Below, in pieces: positions 41,152 to 50,283 of a stretch of DNA of 64,000 nt. The position numbers and the translations under genes are program-made. The notes beneath the pieces were generated by a model. That model was not told the origin of the DNA. It saw only the letters and a program-made list of their open reading frames with translations, and did not search any database. Numbering within the stretch: the first letter of the stretch is position 1; each line of letters starts with the position of its first letter. Origin of the DNA: Escherichia coli (lineage in GTDB: Bacteria; Pseudomonadota; Gammaproteobacteria; Enterobacterales; Enterobacteriaceae). The stretch is taken from NCBI RefSeq assembly GCF_003790525.1, contig NZ_CP033635.1. One strand, written 5' to 3'.

Positions 41152-42081
41152 ATGAGTTTTATTGAACGTTACGAACCGGAATACGTGCGCAATTTTATGA
41201 CGCAATATCCCGATTCGCCTTTGTACGTCCGCAAGGTCTGGAAGAATGAGATTCGCCAGAGCCTGGCATTGACCGATATTGAAAGTTGCAAAGCGGTGCT
41301 CAACGATGCCAGGGCCTTTGATTTACAGCTCACCTACCGCCCTGTGGAAGACAATGCCGCCGAGCTATCCGCGCGCGATGCGATAGTAAACCAGGCCATT
41401 TTGAGCACCCTTACGCTCCCCGATTTAACCCCGGAGCTTTCCCTGTATGCCGTCGGGATTTTGCTCTCCCGCGCCAGTAAAATGCCGGGCAGAGACGGAG
41501 ATATTCTTGCCCGCTTGACGACGCTGCCACAGGCGCTGGGGGATCATGCACAAAAAGGCACGCTACAGGCACAGTTCGCCCAACTCCCACCCGTGCCACA
41601 ACTGGCGCGCCAACTGGTGACGCTGCTCGGGAGTTTTGCGTTTGACTGGTCGATTTTGCCGGAAAGCCCGCGCAAAGCCTCGCTACCGTTGCAGGTGACT
41701 TTGCTGACGTTGCATGACGCCAACAGCGAAGCTTTGTTGCAACAGCAGCTTAAGGTGCAGTGGCAAACCACCTGGCAACAGCATTTTGCCGCCGCGCCGT
41801 GGATGATGCGCAACTGGCTGATTTACCGCGTTTATCACGACGTGATTGGGCAGGCAGACGGAGCAGATTATTGCCCGCTGGTGTGTGATTTTTATCTCAT
41901 CCGCACGTTAATCAGTTTATGGACGCTGGATGGTTCACCGCTGCGGAAGGAGGATATTTTCGCCCTTTTTGCGGTGTTTGAACGCTGGCGAGAGAGTGAA
42001 AATGCTGCGGCGATTCGCCAGCAGCTCCAGTCGTTATGTGCGGCAGAGCCGCTGCTGTCAGCATTTTCGCTGCTGACGTGA
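41152..42081 (+). CDS. Hypothetical protein within the Flag-2 cluster
   Basis: Open frame from MSFIERYEPEYVRNFMTQYPDSPLYVRK... with core-like composition; no recognisable motif. Confidence 0.55.
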   Translation: MSFIERYEPEYVRNFMTQYPDSPLYVRKVWKNEIRQSLALTDIESCKAVLNDARAFDLQLTYRPVEDNAAELSARDAIVNQAILSTLTLPDLTPELSLYAVGILLSRASKMPGRDGDILARLTTLPQALGDHAQKGTLQAQFAQLPPVPQLARQLVTLLGSFAFDWSILPESPRKASLPLQVTLLTLHDANSEALLQQQLKVQWQTTWQQHFAAAPWMMRNWLIYRVYHDVIGQADGADYCPLVCDFYLIRTLISLWTLDGSPLRKEDIFALFAVFERWRESENAAAIRQQLQSLCAAEPLLSAFSLLT

Positions 42082-42101
42082 GTCGCTCTGTGCGCGCTTT
42101 T

Positions 42102-42210
42102 CCCCTCCCCCTAACCCTCTCCCCAAAGGGGCGAGGGAACCGATCGAGCACGGTGTTAAAATCGGCGCTGGTTTTCTCCCTCTCCCTGTGGGAGAGGGTC
42201 GGGGTGAGGG
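42102..42210. repeat. GC-rich palindromic intergenic repeat, two inverted copies (boxC-like; family name uncertain)
   Basis: CCCCTCCCCCTAACCCTCTCCCCAAAGGGGCGAGGG and its inverted partner CTCCCTCTCCCTGTGGGAGAGGGTCGGGGTGAGGG; same motif recurs at 53408 and 63851. Confidence 0.5.
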
Positions 42211-42256
42211 CATCAGCACGCATATTCATCACATTCACCCATTAACTCACCCAAAC

Positions 42257-44704
42257 ACCATGCCAACACCAACCATTATCAAAACACTCGCCACCCAGCG
42301 CGAAAAACCGTCCGTCAGCGTCATCACGCCAACCTGGAACCGCAGCGCATTCCTGCCGTACCTGCTTTATATGTACCGCTATCAGGACTACCCGGCAGAC
42401 CGCCGCGAACTCATCATCCTCGACGATTCCCCTCAAAGCCATCAACACATCATCGACCGCCTGACCAATGGCACACCGGAAGCCTTCAACATCCGCTACA
42501 TCCATCACCCGGAAAAACTGCCGCTGGGCAAAAAACGCAATATGCTCAACGAACTGGCGCGCGGCGAATACATCCTCTGCATGGACGATGACGACTACTA
42601 CCCGGCAGATAAAATCTCTTACACCATCGCTATGATGCAAAAAAACCGGGCGCTCATCTCCGGTTCCGACCAGATCCCCATCTGGTACAGCCACATCAAT
42701 CGCATCTTTCAAAGCCGCAGCTTCGGCCCGCATAACATCCTCAACGGCACCTTTTGCTATCACCGTAACTACCTGAAAAAGCACCGCTACGATGACGATT
42801 GCAATTTAGGCGAAGAGAAAAGTTTCACCGACAATTTCAGCGTTAACCCGCTACAACTGCCCGGCGAGCGCACGATTTTGTGTATCTCGCACAGCCACAA
42901 CACCTTTGATAAAGACTTTATTCTCGGGGCCAGCACGCCAGTAAACGCGACGCTTACGGATATCGTCCGCGATCCGCTGCTCCGCAATGCTTATCTGAGT
43001 CTGCATAACGCCACTCATCATCAGGCGATCCAGTATCAGGCGATCGATCAGATCGTTCTGCTGAATCTGGATAAACGCCCGGATCGCTTACAGCAGATCC
43101 GTGAAGAACTCACATTGCTGCATATTCCTCCTGAGAAGATCACCCGCCTTGCCGCCAGTGAAAATGAAAACGGTCAACGGGGCCGCCAGCAATCACACTT
43201 GCAGGCACTGCGTCTGGCGCAACAACGCGGCTGGCAAAACTACCTGCTGCTGGAAGATGACGCGGTTATTCTCAAACAGGAGAAACATATTCAGGTGCTG
43301 AACGCGCTGCTGGCGAGCCTGGCGAAAATTCCCTGGCAGGTGATGATCCTCGGCGGCGAAATTTCGCAGGGAACGATGCTAAAAAGTTTGCCTGGGCTGG
43401 TGCACGCGCGGGACTGCCGCAAAGTGTGCGCTTATCTGGTGAACCGCCGCTACTACCCGCAGCTGGCGCAGCAGATGAACAACGATGAGCATTCGCTGGA
43501 AGACGGCTGGCAGCCGCTGCTGCGCACCGACAAATGGCTGGCCTGTTACCCGAGCCTTTGTTATCAGCGACCGGGCTTTAGTGATATCGAGAAAAAAGCG
43601 ACTGATAACATTAACCACTACTTCAATAAGTTACCCGTAGCCACCAAGCCATCTACATTACCTATCGCCGATACCATCGGCTTTTTTATGGAAACCTCAT
43701 TCCACTACGCGCTCTACCGCCCAATCATCACCGCCCTGCAGGCGCAGGGGCAGAGCTGTACGCTGGTGATCAATGACCGCGTATTTAAACCATTTCTGGA
43801 TGAAATGCTGGCGACGCTAAAAAGCATCGACGATCCGCAGCTCAAAGGAATGCGCTTATCTGAAATGCAGGCACACGGTCAGCGAGTAAAATGCCTGGTC
43901 AGCCCCTATCACACGCCTGTGCTCAGTGGCCTTTCCCCCCTGAACATTCGCGCCATGTACGGCTTAGCCAAAGAAACGTGGAACCACGCCGACTGGAACC
44001 GTTTTTATCAGCGCATTTTGTGTTACAGCCACTACAGCCAGCGGGCGCTGGCACATTTCGGCAGCGCAATAGTGGTCGGCAACCCGCGCTTCGACGCCTG
44101 GCATAACGCCACGTTCGACCGCGCGTTGCCGGAAAATATCAAACTGGACGAGCGTAAACCCACCGTACTCTACGCCCCAACGTTTGGCGCATTAAGCTCC
44201 CTGCCCCACTGGGCAGAAAAATTGGGGCGCTTAAGCGATGATGTGAACCTGATTTGCAAACTGCACCACGGCACCTGCTCGCGCCCGGAAGAAGCTGCAT
44301 CGCTGGCCCTGGCTCGCAGGCATTTAAAACAGCGCACCGACTCCGCCCGTCACACGCTGGCGCTGCTGGCAAAGGCCGATTACGTGCTGACCGATAACAG
44401 CGGCTTTATTTTCGATGCTATTCACGTTGATAAGCGGGTGATCCTGCTCGACTTTCCGGGCATGGCAACGTTGCTCGACGGTGAGAAAAGTTACTCCACG
44501 CCCGAAAGCGCCGACCAGCGAATCCGCGAAATATTGCCGGTGGCTCATGATGTTGCGGAACTGCGTTATTTGTTGTCAGAGGCGTTTGACTGGGGTGCGG
44601 TGCAGGCGCGGCTTACGAAGATTCGTCATCACTATTGCGATGCGTTTATGGATGGCAAGGCGGGAGAACGGGCAGCGATGGTGATTGTGGAGGCACTAGG
44701 GTAA
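42257..44704 (+). CDS. Multidomain glycosyltransferase: N-terminal GT-A family 2 domain, second GT-like domain, C-terminal TagF/TagB-type CDP-glycerol glycerophosphotransferase-like domain
   Basis: VSVITPTWNR...ILDDSP...CMDDDDYY (GT2 fold with DxD), ILLEDDAVIL in the middle, and C-terminal KPTVLYAPTFGALSS resembling the TagF-family LYAPTxR motif. Start at ATG 42257; the track start lies in the upstream repeat. Confidence 0.7.
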   Translation, partial: TMPTPTIIKTLATQREKPSVSVITPTWNRSAFLPYLLYMYRYQDYPADRRELIILDDSPQSHQHIIDRLTNGTPEAFNIRYIHHPEKLPLGKKRNMLNELARGEYILCMDDDDYYPADKISYTIAMMQKNRALISGSDQIPIWYSHINRIFQSRSFGPHNILNGTFCYHRNYLKKHRYDDDCNLGEEKSFTDNFSVNPLQLPGERTILCISHSHNTFDKDFILGASTPVNATLTDIVRDPLLRNAYLSLHNATHHQAIQYQAIDQIVLLNLDKRPDRLQQIREELTLLHIPPEKITRLAASENENGQRGRQQSHLQALRLAQQRGWQNYLLLEDDAVILKQEKHIQVLNALLASLAKIPWQVMILGGEISQGTMLKSLPGLVHARDCRKVCAYLVNRRYYPQLAQQMNNDEHSLEDGWQPLLRTDKWLACYPSLCYQRPGFSDIEKKATDNINHYFNKLPVATKPSTLPIADTIGFFMETSFHYALYRPIITALQAQGQSCTLVINDRVFKPFLDEMLATLKSIDDPQLKGMRLSEMQAHGQRVKCLVSPYHTPVLSGLSPLNIRAMYGLAKETWNHADWNRFYQRILCYSHYSQRALAHFGSAIVVGNPRFDAWHNATFDRALPENIKLDERKPTVLYAPTFGALSSLPHWAEKLGRLSDDVNLICKLHHGTCSRPEEAASLALARRHLKQRTDSARHTLALLAKADYVLTDNSGFIFDAIHVDKRVILLDFPGMATLLDGEKSYSTPESADQRIREILPVAHDVAELRYLLSEAFDWGAVQARLTKIRHHYCDAFMDGKAGERAAMVIVEALG

Positions 44705-44715
44705 AACGCGCAAGT

Positions 44716-44813
44716 GCCTGATGCGCTTCGCTTATCAGGCCTACGCGACCTTGCAATGTATTGAATTTGTAAGGATTTGTAGGCCGGTTAAGGCGTTTAC
44801 GCCGCATCCGGAA
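44716..44813. repeat. BIME (two REP palindromes in opposite orientation)
   Basis: GCCTGATGCGCTTCGCTTATCAGGCCTAC ... GTAGGCCGGTTAAGGCGTTTACGCCGCATCCGGAA. Confidence 0.6.
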
Positions 44814-45029
44814 CGAACAACGCACTTAACTACCCTCTGATTTCAAACTCATCGCTTTATGACTGGTGAATCGGTAAAAGTCGTAGATTGTGGGGGAGCG
44901 ATCTTTATGAATTCTGAAAAAACCTGAATCTTGCTAAACATATTGCTTATCATAAATATAGGTTACACACTATAACAATTATTGCGTAATTTAACATTTT
45001 GTTAAAATTGATAGGGCATAAACGATAAC

Positions 45030-45851
45030 ATGACTTATGATAAAAAAGTAACTTCCGGTACAACAAGCCAGAAACAAAACAACATTGTCACTCAAAAAAT
45101 ATCTCGCCCAAAGGAATTGTTTCTATTATTTTGGGTTGATGAGTCCGGTGATAGCCGACGTTCTATTTTTGAAGAAGCATGTCTGACGCGTTATTTCAAC
45201 ATCCTTTACTCCCCCGAGTATAAAAAAGAAACACAGATAGTTTACCATTTATCAATTAACACATTTAATCAAATCAAAGAAATATTAGAAATCTTTATAA
45301 ACAAGAATGGAGGTATAACCAAAGCAAAAGTTAAAGAAGTCAGTTTATTCTCACATGGGGGGCCAATTCATGGTCCTACAACCTCAGACTCTGTAAATAC
45401 ACCTTCCGTGCCTAAATACCCACAACAAATGGACATAATCGGAGGATGGGATTCAATTGATTTTAACTGGTCAAATAACGCTATGTTTGTTATGTATGGT
45501 TGTCGCACTAGTTATGCAAGTGATGATTCAGGACAAGGTTTTGCCAGTAAATTATCCCTATTAGATAATTTTAAGGACGTTAATGTCTGGGGACAAACAG
45601 AAAGTACTTATCCATCTTATTTCCCAGATATTAGGACAACTTCGATTATGAGGTCAATAAATATAGGTTGGTCTTTTTCACCAACATACATGGTTGCCAG
45701 TTCTGAAGGTCAAGGATGGGATGCCTTATTTCCGGATGATAAAAATCCACTAAAGTCTCTCCCTATGCAGTGTTATAATAATGGGAAATTGATTTTAACC
45801 TGCGATCAAAGCAGTTTTAATGATCACCGGAAGAATAAATCAAATGATTAG
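45030..45851 (+). CDS. Hypothetical protein, AT-rich insert inside Flag-2
   Basis: 273-aa ORF, markedly more AT-rich than neighbours; candidate His (SLFSHGGPIHG) and Cys (VMYGCRTSY) motifs noted but not assignable. Confidence 0.5.
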   Translation: MTYDKKVTSGTTSQKQNNIVTQKISRPKELFLLFWVDESGDSRRSIFEEACLTRYFNILYSPEYKKETQIVYHLSINTFNQIKEILEIFINKNGGITKAKVKEVSLFSHGGPIHGPTTSDSVNTPSVPKYPQQMDIIGGWDSIDFNWSNNAMFVMYGCRTSYASDDSGQGFASKLSLLDNFKDVNVWGQTESTYPSYFPDIRTTSIMRSINIGWSFSPTYMVASSEGQGWDALFPDDKNPLKSLPMQCYNNGKLILTCDQSSFNDHRKNKSND

Positions 45852-46383
45852 TATTATATTGAGAAGCTTGATTCTATTATTCATGATAATAGTGTATCCA
45901 GATTATAATAAAAACCTACCTGCCTTTGAAGTATATGGGGAAAATGACATACTTAAGGATATGGTTATTAATATGAAAACTTATAGTAACCATAGTAAGA
46001 AAAACTCTTCCCCAACAACTATAGTGCAAACCATCCTTTTTAAAGGGAATATACAGCAAGTTTTTGAAAGCAACGATATGGGTGCAGAGAGCTTCTTTTT
46101 TTCTTATAATAACAAGGTTGAAACGCTGGTAACAGACGCTTTCTTTTTGAATAGAAAATTAGACAAACTGCATGATGCAAATATTTTTGAAGTTATAAAG
46201 CATGGGGAAAATATCGTTATTAGATATTACAAATGCAAAATTGAATATATGAAAAAAGAAAAATCTATCGAAATAGAGATATCAACAAACAAAAACAGTT
46301 ATTTTAGCAAAAATGGAATAAAACAAAAAGACACAAATAAATATAACACATATTTCTTCAATTACTTTGAGGCTCAAAAATAA
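45820..46383 (+). CDS. Hypothetical protein with N-terminal hydrophobic segment, AT-rich insert inside Flag-2
   Basis: 187-aa ORF overlapping the end of the previous gene; N-terminus MISIILRSLILLFMIIVYP looks like a signal or membrane anchor. Start uncertain. Confidence 0.45.
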   Translation: MITGRINQMISIILRSLILLFMIIVYPDYNKNLPAFEVYGENDILKDMVINMKTYSNHSKKNSSPTTIVQTILFKGNIQQVFESNDMGAESFFFSYNNKVETLVTDAFFLNRKLDKLHDANIFEVIKHGENIVIRYYKCKIEYMKKEKSIEIEISTNKNSYFSKNGIKQKDTNKYNTYFFNYFEAQK

Positions 46384-46394
46384 ATTTTATTTTG

Positions 46395-46790
46395 TCATGC
46401 TTTCCCCCTAATCACCTCAATAATCCCCGTCGTCGACACCGACGGCGTGCGGGGGAAATACACTACCTCACAAATATACGCGAAGCTGTCAAACTTTCCT
46501 GCCCAGTCATCGCCCATCACTAAAATATCCGCACTGTACCCCCGCAGATACTCCGCTTTCTGCTCCAGCGACTCTTCCAGAAATACGCCATCCACGCACG
46601 CCAGCCCGGCGATGATCGCCATGCGGTCATCCTGAGGGTAAACCGGTGCCCTGCCCTTTTTGGCGATGTTCAGGGCATCGGACGATACGCCGACCAGCAG
46701 CCGTTCGCCCAGCGTGCGGGCGCGTTGTAAAAGGCGCAGATGACCGACATGAAACACATCGAAGGTGCCGAAGGTGATGACCGTTTTCAT
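46395..46790 (-). CDS. Cytidylyltransferase (glycerol-3-phosphate cytidylyltransferase TagD-like)
   Basis: 131 aa; MKTVITFGTFDVFHVGHLRLLQRAR carries the HxGH nucleotidyltransferase motif; start is 3 nt after the lfiJ stop. Confidence 0.8.
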   Translation of the reverse strand: MKTVITFGTFDVFHVGHLRLLQRARTLGERLLVGVSSDALNIAKKGRAPVYPQDDRMAIIAGLACVDGVFLEESLEQKAEYLRGYSADILVMGDDWAGKFDSFAYICEVVYFPRTPSVSTTGIIEVIRGKA

Positions 46791-46792
46791 GG

Positions 46793-47227
46793 CTACTCCG
46801 CTAACTTATGCCGCAGCCAGCACTGGACGGCGATGTCATCCACCGCTTTTTGCGCTTTCGCCGTGGCACTTTCTTGCTGCTCGCGGCGTTTGTCGTCCAA
46901 CGTCAGGGCCACCACTTTCTCTTCGCACGCCGCCGCCGTCAGGTTTTTCTGCATTCGCGTGGCTTTGATGTTAGCCAGCGTTTTTTCCTGCTCCTGCCAG
47001 GCGATCACCTTGCGCAAGGTGCCTTTGTAGTCGCTGACGTTTTTCAGCGATTCCACCGACGCTGCCGCGCCCGCAGATGTTTTCTCCACCAGGTAGCCTA
47101 ATGCTTTGATATTGTTGTCATAACCCGCACAAATCTGTTTTTGCTTTGCCAGCTCGACGGTTTTGTCTTTGACCGATTTATCCCGCAGGCGCTGCAACTG
47201 CGCCAGGGTGTCGATGATTTGTCGCAT
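46793..47227 (-). CDS. lfiJ: Flagellar export protein (FliJ homolog)
   Basis: 144-aa coiled-coil protein directly after the FliI homolog. Confidence 0.75.
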   Translation of the reverse strand: MRQIIDTLAQLQRLRDKSVKDKTVELAKQKQICAGYDNNIKALGYLVEKTSAGAAASVESLKNVSDYKGTLRKVIAWQEQEKTLANIKATRMQKNLTAAACEEKVVALTLDDKRREQQESATAKAQKAVDDIAVQCWLRHKLAE

Positions 47228-47229
47228 GG

Positions 47230-48567
47230 TTACTGTTCTGCCTTTTTGACGCCAGGAAAGAGAATTTGCAGGCGGCTTTGCACCAGTTCGAGGGAGGCGG
47301 GTTCGCGCATCTCCTGGCGCAAAAAACGCTCGATAGCCGGGAACATTTTCACCGCTTTGTCGACGCTGGCGTCCGCGCCTGCCACATAACCGCCGAGTGG
47401 GATCAGCGGTTTGATCTCCATGTAGGCGGCGTAGTTTTGCTTTAACGCGCGGGCGGATTGCTGATGTTCCAGGCTGGTGACCTGGTTCATGCAGCGGCTG
47501 ATCGACTGGCCGATATCAATGGCCGGATAATGCCCCGCTTCCGCCAGTTTGCGGGTTAATACGATATGCCCGTCCAGCACCGCACGGGCGCAGTCGACAA
47601 TCGGATCTTGCTGGTCGTCGCCTTCCGCCAGCACGGTGTAGATGGCAGTCATCGATCCCGCGCTTTCGCTGTTGCCTGCGCTTTCGACCAGTTTGGGGAT
47701 CATGCCGAATGCCGACGGCGGATAGCCTTTGGTGGCGGGTGGTTCGCCAAGCGAGAGCGCAATTTCACGCTGCGCCATCGCATAGCGGGTCAGGGAATCC
47801 ACCAGCAGTAAAACGTGATGCCCGCGGTCGCGAAACCAGGCGGCGACGGAGTGGCACAGTTCGGTGGCTTTCAGGCGCATCAGCGGCGATTCATCGGCGG
47901 GCGCGACGACGACGATAGACTTCGCCAGCCCGTCCGCGCCCAGTGAGTGGTCGATAAACTCTTTCACTTCGCGCCCGCGTTCGCCAATCAGCCCGACCAC
48001 CACGATGTCGGCTTTGGTCTGGCGGGTGATCATCCCCAGCAGCACGCTTTTCCCGACGCCGCTGCCCGCCATCAGCCCGACACGCTGGCCTTTGCCGATG
48101 GTCAGCAGGCCGTTGATCGCTTTCACGCCCACGTCCAGCGGTTCGTCCACCGAACGGCGGGTTAAGGGATTAACCGACGGCGGCAGCGGCGGCAGAAGGT
48201 CGTTGCCGTTCAGGCGGCCTTTGCCATCCAGCGGTTCGCCGAGGCCGTTAACCACGCGGCCTAACCAGCTTTCGCCAATCAGGATGTCGTGGGCTTTTTC
48301 TTCCGGGAAGACGCGCGCCCCCGCCATCAGGCCGACCGGCTGTTTAAACGGCATTAAGTAAGTGATATCGCGATTAAAGCCTACGGCCTGCGCGTCGATA
48401 AGCGTGTGGTTGGCGCTTTCGATGCGACACAGCTGCCCGGTCATTAGCGGGCAGCCGACGCTCTCCAGCAGGATGCCATTAAGGCGCACCAGCCGCCCGG
48501 CGACGCGGGCCAGCGGGATCGACTCCAGCGAGCGCAGGGCGTTATCGAAAGCGGAAAAATCACTCAC
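47230..48567 (-). CDS. lfiI: Flagellum-specific ATPase (FliI homolog)
   Basis: 445 aa with Walker A (GLMAGSGVGKS) and F1/T3SS-ATPase-like sequence. Confidence 0.95.
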   Translation of the reverse strand: MSDFSAFDNALRSLESIPLARVAGRLVRLNGILLESVGCPLMTGQLCRIESANHTLIDAQAVGFNRDITYLMPFKQPVGLMAGARVFPEEKAHDILIGESWLGRVVNGLGEPLDGKGRLNGNDLLPPLPPSVNPLTRRSVDEPLDVGVKAINGLLTIGKGQRVGLMAGSGVGKSVLLGMITRQTKADIVVVGLIGERGREVKEFIDHSLGADGLAKSIVVVAPADESPLMRLKATELCHSVAAWFRDRGHHVLLLVDSLTRYAMAQREIALSLGEPPATKGYPPSAFGMIPKLVESAGNSESAGSMTAIYTVLAEGDDQQDPIVDCARAVLDGHIVLTRKLAEAGHYPAIDIGQSISRCMNQVTSLEHQQSARALKQNYAAYMEIKPLIPLGGYVAGADASVDKAVKMFPAIERFLRQEMREPASLELVQSRLQILFPGVKKAEQ

Positions 48568-49270
48568 CCTGTGACTCCGGCGTTAGCGTCTCTTGTAGCG
48601 CGGTCATGCATTGTTCCAGGCGGTGCTCGCAGCCGATATCCAGTTCGGATTTATCGGTGATCACCCGGCATTCACCCGGCGGCAGATCCGGCGAAGGCGT
48701 CAGCCCCCATTCGCTGACCTTTTCCGGCACCGCGTCGCGCAAGCGGTTAAATTCTTCCGTACTTAGCATCACTTGGAGGGTCTCCGGCATTGCCGGGAAG
48801 GCCGCCAGTGCCTCTTCCACCAGCGCCAGCAACTGCGTCGGTTGCAGCGCCAGTTCGCAGCGGATCACCTGGCGGGTGACTTTTTCCACCAGTTGCAGCA
48901 AATCTTCCCGCTGTTTGCGTTCGATATGGGCGAGAAAGTCGTTCACTTTTCCGCTGATGGCTTCCAGCGGCTGTGCCGCGTCAACAAACTGTTTGCGCCC
49001 TTCCTGCTGCCCGGCGAGGCTGCCTTCGGTGTAGCCCTGGCGTCGCCCCTCGGCAAAACCTTGTTGATGACCTTCGCTAAAGCCCTGCTCCTGGCCTTCG
49101 GTCATTCCCTGAGCAAACCCTTTTTGCAGCCCTTCCTGAAAACCGTCCATCAACTGGCGCTGGTAATCGGCGGCGCTAATGCTGGCGGTGAGCGGTTCTC
49201 CGGTCACCGCACGCTGGCGCGGCGGAAAACGGTGCAGGCGATAGCGCCCGCGCAGTGTTTCAATGGTCAT
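48560..49270 (-). CDS. lfiH: Flagellar assembly protein (FliH homolog)
   Basis: 236 aa with Gly/Glu/Gln-rich repeats and a FliH-like C-terminal domain; sits between fliG and fliI homologs. Confidence 0.8.
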   Translation of the reverse strand: MTIETLRGRYRLHRFPPRQRAVTGEPLTASISAADYQRQLMDGFQEGLQKGFAQGMTEGQEQGFSEGHQQGFAEGRRQGYTEGSLAGQQEGRKQFVDAAQPLEAISGKVNDFLAHIERKQREDLLQLVEKVTRQVIRCELALQPTQLLALVEEALAAFPAMPETLQVMLSTEEFNRLRDAVPEKVSEWGLTPSPDLPPGECRVITDKSELDIGCEHRLEQCMTALQETLTPESQGE

Positions 49271-49272
49271 GG

Positions 49273-50283
49273 TTACTCCGCCGTCTGTTCCGCAAAGAGC
49301 TGTAGCTGAATTTCGCCCGCCTCTTCCAGTTCACGGGCAATGCCCATGATTTCGCGGCGGATCTGTTCGATACGGCTGACCGGCACCGGCCCCAGACGCG
49401 CGGTGATCGCTTCCAGTTGCTGCGCCTGACGTTTTGGCATCACCGCGTAAATGGAACGGCGCAACAGGGCTTCGGTGCCTTTCAGCGCTACCGCCCAGTC
49501 TTCCATCGGTACTTCGTCGAGCAGACGTCGACGCACCTCTTCGTTCTGGCGGCTGAGGATAAAGAAGTCGTACATCTCATCCTGAAGCTGCTCCAGCACG
49601 TCTTCGTCGCGCTCGCGCATCTGGTCGAGGATCACCTGCTGGTTGCCCTGGAAGCGGTTGACGATATCCGCCGCCTGTTTGATGCCTTTCACCTTCGAGC
49701 CGTGCTCCGAAAGCACCGACAGGCCGCGTTCAATCAGCCTGTCCAGTTCATCCACCACGTCGCGGTTGACGTCGTTGAGTTTCGCCACCCGATAGAGAAT
49801 TTCGTTTTGCACCGATTCATTGAGATACGAGAGCACCGCCGCCGAGATTTCCGGCGTCAGAAACGCGAGGAATACTGCCTGCAATTGCAGATGCTCTTCG
49901 GAGATCAGCATCGCCAGCTGGCGCGGTTCCACCCATTGCAGTCGCGCCATCCGCGAGCGGATCTCATCGCCGTAGATGCCGTTGATCACGCTGCTGGCGA
50001 TCTCGGTGCCTAGCGCTTTGTTGAGAATGCCCTGCAACATAGATCGCGACGCGCCATTGATCCCGCTCTGTTCGCGGAACTCATCAAAGAAGTTGTTGAT
50101 CACTTTGCGCGCCATGCTGGTTTTGACACCGGAAAGCCGCGCCATGTTTTCGCTCAGGCGCACCACTTCTTCGCGGCTGAGTTTTTGCATCACCGTCGCC
50201 GCCGCTTCTTCGCCAAGGCACAGTAGCAGGATCGCCGCCTGTTCCAGGTAGCTGTTGCTCTTATTTGTTGTCAATTCGCTCAT
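49273..50283 (-). CDS. lfiG: Flagellar rotor protein (FliG homolog)
   Basis: 336 aa; MSELTTNKSNSYLEQAAILLLCLGEEAAATVMQKLSREEV... is FliG-like. Confidence 0.9.
   Translation of the reverse strand: MSELTTNKSNSYLEQAAILLLCLGEEAAATVMQKLSREEVVRLSENMARLSGVKTSMARKVINNFFDEFREQSGINGASRSMLQGILNKALGTEIASSVINGIYGDEIRSRMARLQWVEPRQLAMLISEEHLQLQAVFLAFLTPEISAAVLSYLNESVQNEILYRVAKLNDVNRDVVDELDRLIERGLSVLSEHGSKVKGIKQAADIVNRFQGNQQVILDQMRERDEDVLEQLQDEMYDFFILSRQNEEVRRRLLDEVPMEDWAVALKGTEALLRRSIYAVMPKRQAQQLEAITARLGPVPVSRIEQIRREIMGIARELEEAGEIQLQLFAEQTAE

Noticed and set aside
41912-42238. 108-aa minus-strand ORF (contains ...PTLSHREREKTSADF...)
   Set aside because: It is the translation of the GC-rich palindromic repeat pair at 42102-42210 and overlaps the end of the upstream gene; such repeat-derived ORFs are a known annotation artefact.
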